Positions 59,246 through 64,000 of a stretch of DNA of 64,000 nucleotides are shown here, piece by piece. Positions within the stretch are counted from its first letter, which is position 1. The number at the start of each line of letters is the position of its first letter. The notes beneath the pieces were generated by a model. The model worked only from the letters and a program-made list of their open reading frames with translations, had not been told where the DNA came from and did not search any database. The translations under genes were made by a program, and so were the position numbers. This stretch comes from Marsupella aquatica (taxonomy: Eukaryota > Plantae > Marchantiophyta), in assembly GCA_973895155.1 (NCBI GenBank), contig OZ316893.1, positions 15,220,645 through 15,284,644 of the forward strand, written 5' to 3'.

Positions 59246-62012
59246 TCAATTTGGATGATGGTAGTAATCTTCAGAACCACCATCAGCATGCATATCCATA
59301 CTTGAATCATTCTCCCCAAAAGTGTGAGATTCTCTGTGCTGCCCATGAGGCGGAACATAGCCATAACCATGAGTCTGAGAAGGGAGGGACGAAGTATTAT
59401 ATGGATGCGTTTGATTGGAGGTTGGAGACTCTTGTTCTTCATGGGCAGCTTCATGGTGTTGATCTGCTCCTCCGCTGGACCTTCTCCCTACATTTCCTAC
59501 AAGAGAGACATGATTTACTGACCCATAACCCCCTTGTACAACGGGAAGAGGCGGAAGGGACCTCCTATTGGGGCTTGAAAGGGCACCGGTAAAAATTGAA
59601 AGCTTGGTCTGATCTATAACTCCACCAATCCGTCCAGGGTTCCCAAGGCTAGAGAAGCCAACCGCACCTGGTGGGCCTTGATTGTTGGGGGAGAGCAACT
59701 GCTGTTGGTGGTGTTGCTGTTGTTGCTGTGACATCTGTTGGAACTGCATCCCTGATGACATGGTCATCTCCTCACCATCCAATTCATTCTGCATATAGAT
59801 TGTAGGTTATTGAGTCACATGACATCACAGATTGTATGCCTCCCCGTAAACCCGTAGAGCAACTTCGTAGTCTAAGTTATCACAATTCTCTTCGTGTGTG
59901 ATGAAAACAAACCTGAAGAAAGTTTAGGATCTCTGCTGTGGATATGTTGGACCCTCCCTGATGCTCTCTGTGGAGCCAATTGTATATCTTTTCCTGGTAA
60001 CAAAAACAAATCGTCACTGTAAGCGCACTTCCTCAAGTTCCCTCATGGTCACACTGAATCGAGCAAGCCACGTGACATAGCTACACAACACGGTAAATTT
60101 CGTATTCGCACTGACAATAATTGACAGCACGAGGATTTAAAAAGGTACTATTTGAGCAGAAAACATCGATACGCCGTTCAGACTAGATTTAAAAGGACCC
60201 AGCACCAAGCCAGTCAATCTCGAGAAGATGTCACAGAGATGGAATTGTGTCGGCTCATTAAAATCAGGCATTCCACAGAAAAGCTGATTTCATCCTATAC
60301 ACGGATGCTGGCTACTGTTGGAGCAGTGACATTTTCAATTTGGCTCAGGTCAAACTGGGCAAAGATTGGCCCAAGTTTCGATTTCTGTGGATCGCGTAGA
60401 CTTACAGTCGCACGTACTTTAGCTGCACATCCTCTTTGGACCAGTTCTTTCAAGCTCTTGAAAAGTGGCTGCTGCTGCTGGGTTATCCAACAATATCCAA
60501 AGTGCTAAGTTTTACCTTAGCAGCAGCTTAGGAATCAGTTGATGTCGAGCAAGCGCCAGTGATTCATATATGGCAACAGATAATCATTCAATGGTCCTCC
60601 CCAATTAGAAAGAAACAATAAACCCTAGAAATAAGATTTTTCTACGCTCTCAAGACCTCAAACTTGTCAAATACTGCCAAGCAGTAGAAATGCTTACTGG
60701 CTAGGATGCCAGAGGTCCCCTAGAAGAGCCCTACCACATTGACTTTGTTATTGACAAGTCCTACAGGCGTTGCATTGTGGATGAGAACTTATTAGCTTGC
60801 CATTCAAGTCACAATTCAATCGCACAGCAAGTTTGCAAGAAAGGTGCCGAATCCCAAGCGCAACTCTTCGATTCAAACTTAACGCTACAGAACAAACAAA
60901 ACCCTAACAATTTGGGAGGGCCAGTTTGCAGATCCAATGTCTTACTTTGGAATCCTCTATATCTGCTACAACAAAGAGACAAGACGCAGCTTGGCGGAGG
61001 ACAGTTAACAATAACGCGTAGGAGACTGTCCGTGAGAAGAGCAGCAAAACTGACTTGAAATAGTTCACAGATGATATCGTAGACAAACTAGCAGTCATCA
61101 ACGCTACCTGGTTCCCACACTAGTTAAGGACTTGGGTGTGAATCTTGAGTCCCGAGGAATCCTCCCTACCGTGCATCGGCTTCTGCAATGGGAAACTGTA
61201 CTTGAGGCGGACTGGGATCAAAGTGCTCTCTAACGAGGGTTATGCTCAGGTTAAAGAAGACTGTGCGTACATTGTCATGGTTTCAAAATAGAACCATGCC
61301 ACAGAACTCTCACCCCTGCAAGGATACATCAGTTTAAACAAACGGCGTCGCCGGTGGAACAAATGAATGCCCCATCCTAGCAAACCCTAAGAGTCGACAT
61401 TGGTGCCAAGCCACGACTCTAAAAATCAGACTAGAGAGATGAACCTCTATACAATCCTCCCCACAAAAAAGATCGGATATAGCTGCACAAGGGTATGACC
61501 AACCATGTACTTACGAGATAACTATCAACCCATGTACACATGAGGGTTTACCCCAATCCCGCGACACCCTCGCAGACACTGTTTGAAGCATGCACTTTAC
61601 AATTCTGATACCAAGACTGAGGCAATGACACGAAAGGACCACATAAGAATCCGAAAAGATTCCTACTCCGCGACCTCTAATCGAAATCGAAGAAACCAAG
61701 ACTGTGTGAACTGCACAGAGATCTTCATCTATAACTCCTGAACTCAGATACGAGTCTTCTACAAACAGCGCATGCCAAATATGCATGGTAACAAACAGCA
61801 ATCACAGTGATGCAAAATTCTTCTCCTTTTGCTTCTTCCTCACGCCTTCTTACCACGCAGTGACGTTCCCCTGCTTGAAATGCGACCCTTTGCTGGTGCT
61901 GTGCTTGAGTGTACAGCTGAGAGATGGAGTTGGCGGCCGTGCAGAACGATGTATACAGAGTTCTTTCCACTTCATCCAGCCCAGCATTGTCAGATTTCCT
62001 CTTCTTAGCCAT
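59246..62012 (-). CDS. HAPSTR1/C16orf72 (DUF4588)-like protein. Exons 62012-61854, 59993-59913, 59788-59246
   Basis: MAKKRKSD...LYTSFCTAANSISQLYTQA...FQAGERHCV|EKIYNWL...EILNFLQ|NELD. Phase-0 GT-AG introns; Q/G/H-rich tail. Confidence 0.88.
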
Positions 62013-62229
62013 CCCCGCTGATGCCCCCCACTCGGGCCTCCGCCTTTCACCCCAAAATTCTCTGTATTCAACTAATCCCTCGCCAAATTCTTGCCCAATC
62101 CCCAATCAAATCAAGTCCTCACTCCACGATTCACCGCCGAAATCATAGCCTTGATCAGCCAGAGATCCCTTCCATTCACTGTCTCGTAAATCTTTCGGTC
62201 AACCAACCGACTACAGCAGCCTAACCCTT

Positions 62230-63300
62230 CGCCTAATTACACGATCTCCGACACCGAAACCGAACAATCTCCAACCGAAGACACGAATATGACCGGCAAG
62301 GCAAACCTAGAAGAGGGCAACCAGTGCCCGTCCTCCGTCCCAATGACGTTACTTAAACGTGCAACGCAGCCGATGCAAGAGGGAGGACGACGAGGACGCC
62401 GAGTAGTAGTAATAAGAGGACGAGGGCAAGGGGGCCGCATCGCAAGTAGTCGTAGCAGACGAAGTTGAATACATCATCATCATCATCACGCGATGGAGCG
62501 CCTGGCCTCCCTTCCTGCCAGCCAGCCAGCCAGAAAGAGAGCGACAGAGTGAGAGAGAGAGAGAGAGAGCGTGTGAACAAGCGACTGCATGCCACACCGT
62601 CGTCGTCGTAGCCCGGGATCATACAGCGCGGCTTGCTCATAAACCCCTCCTCATCCTTACCCCAATTTCCTTCAGATCCCGGGCTTCCATGTCGTCGTCG
62701 TCCCGCAGCCCTGAATTCCCCTCCCCCTTCACCCGGTCCAGCAATACTACAGAACCACCACTCCAGAACTGTACTCTTCCTCCGCGTGGCCCCACCACAT
62801 CCTCGCTCGTGGCTCCACGCTTTGCCCTCATTCACTCTTCTTCAACTCCTCCCCTCTCCCCTCCCCTTCCTCTTTCGTCGTCAGTAACAAGACCTCTCGT
62901 TTCATTCCTCTGTCCGTCCATATTCATTATTTCATTCATCCGTCCGTCCGTCCATCCCCCTCTCCCCCCCCCCCCCCCTCCCCTCCCTTTCTCTTCTCGC
63001 CTCTGCCCCTTCTCAGCGAGCGCTGACAGACTCCCAACACGACAATCGTCGACGACCACGACGACCAGAGTCAAAAGCTCTGTATCATCAAACCAATCAA
63101 CCGATCAATCATATCCAATCCCAATCCTCTGCTCTCTCTCTGCTCTGTGATCCTCTGCTTCAAAACATTCAGCTATGCTCCGATTTTCATTTCTGGGAAT
63201 CTATCTATCAACTCGTTATTTATTTACTCAGGGATCGCGGTGCCGTGCGGACGAGCCACCGCTCCTTTCGTCGTGGCCATCGGCGTTCACGCTATTCCAT
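62230..63300. promoter_or_regulatory. Probable divergent promoter and 5' leader of a + strand gene continuing beyond the window
   Basis: CpG-rich. GA-rich tracts on + (62530-62570) switch to CT-rich tracts (62800-63150), as expected for back-to-back plant 5' UTRs. No recognisable CDS. Confidence 0.4.
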
Positions 63301-64000
63301 TTGCGGGCGGTATCCGGGATCTGGATCCCGGGGCTTCCACTTATGGAATGCTCGGACCGTGAAAAGTCCTCCCGGTGGTGGGCCACGGTCCATCCTGGCA
63401 AAAAGGTATCTGTCGGACTGCTGCACTGCTTCTGTCGCCTCCTGTGCGATCCAGTAGACGACAACAACGCCATGCTTCGACGTGGCGACCACCGGCGCCT
63501 CGTTCTTTCGTGCTTCTTCTTTCCGGCTACCGTTTTCTTTCTCTCCCGTACCGTTCTTTCTCTCCCGTACCGCTGGCCTTTTCGCCTCATGCCTGTCTTT
63601 CTGCTATCCTTTCCCCTAAATAGGACTACGGTAGCTACTGTATCTTTGAATAAGATTTGGTTTTTGAATTAATATAAGTATAAAATTATTTATTTATTTT
63701 ACCACTATAGATATTTAAATTGATAATATTCTAATGGTTTTGTTTGCATTCATTTTTTTGTATTAAAAACCTTAGTTATTATAATTCCCAAAATTGTAAT
63801 AAAATACCCCTATATTTTCAATAAAAATTTGAAATTTATTTGCCTAAGTGAATTGAAAAACCCCTAGCTTCTTTGCGTGCAATGGGTCAGAATATCAAGT
63901 CTGCCCCCTTGATCCCCGTCACTCGGCTGAAGTGCAATAGTCTGATTTTCTTTTGGGGAGACCTTGGCCATGATCAGAGCCAAGGCTTGAATGGCAGAAG

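Noticed and set aside
62237-63672. Numerous ORFs in the CpG-rich terminal region
   Set aside because: Low-complexity UTR/promoter sequence with simple repeats and no domain evidence.

Overview
Eukaryotic, land-plant DNA. The short GT-AG introns, PYL receptor and CRE-type retroelement suggest a non-seed plant such as a bryophyte, but the species cannot be determined from the sequence. The left part (3092-28490) is one nested transposon stack. Its outer element is a Bianca-type Ty1/copia with near-identical 142/143-bp LTRs and TSD AAGGA. It is interrupted by a 1.5-kb AGT...ACT element and by a 17.9-kb CACTA transposon (TSD TAT), which itself holds a truncated second CACTA and a MITE. Upstream of its decayed transposase and on the same strand, the large CACTA carries ORFs for an EDM2-type composite PHD module, two DNA polymerase lambda-like BRCT domains, an F-box-like protein and a Cys-rich orphan, plus captured RPL18a and ubiquitin fragments. 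This cluster is the best candidate for an undescribed system. The middle part holds a SINE, a decayed CRE-clade retroposon, a 322-bp fold-back element built from two copies of one LTR end, and a Mutator element whose second ORF encodes an RNase H1/caulimovirus-P6 hybrid-binding domain. The right part holds host genes (a PYR/PYL ABA receptor, RRS1, a DUF1115 protein and a HAPSTR1/C16orf72-like gene) among MITEs, a solo LTR and SINE remnants. All family assignments come from motifs recognised by eye, not from database searches.
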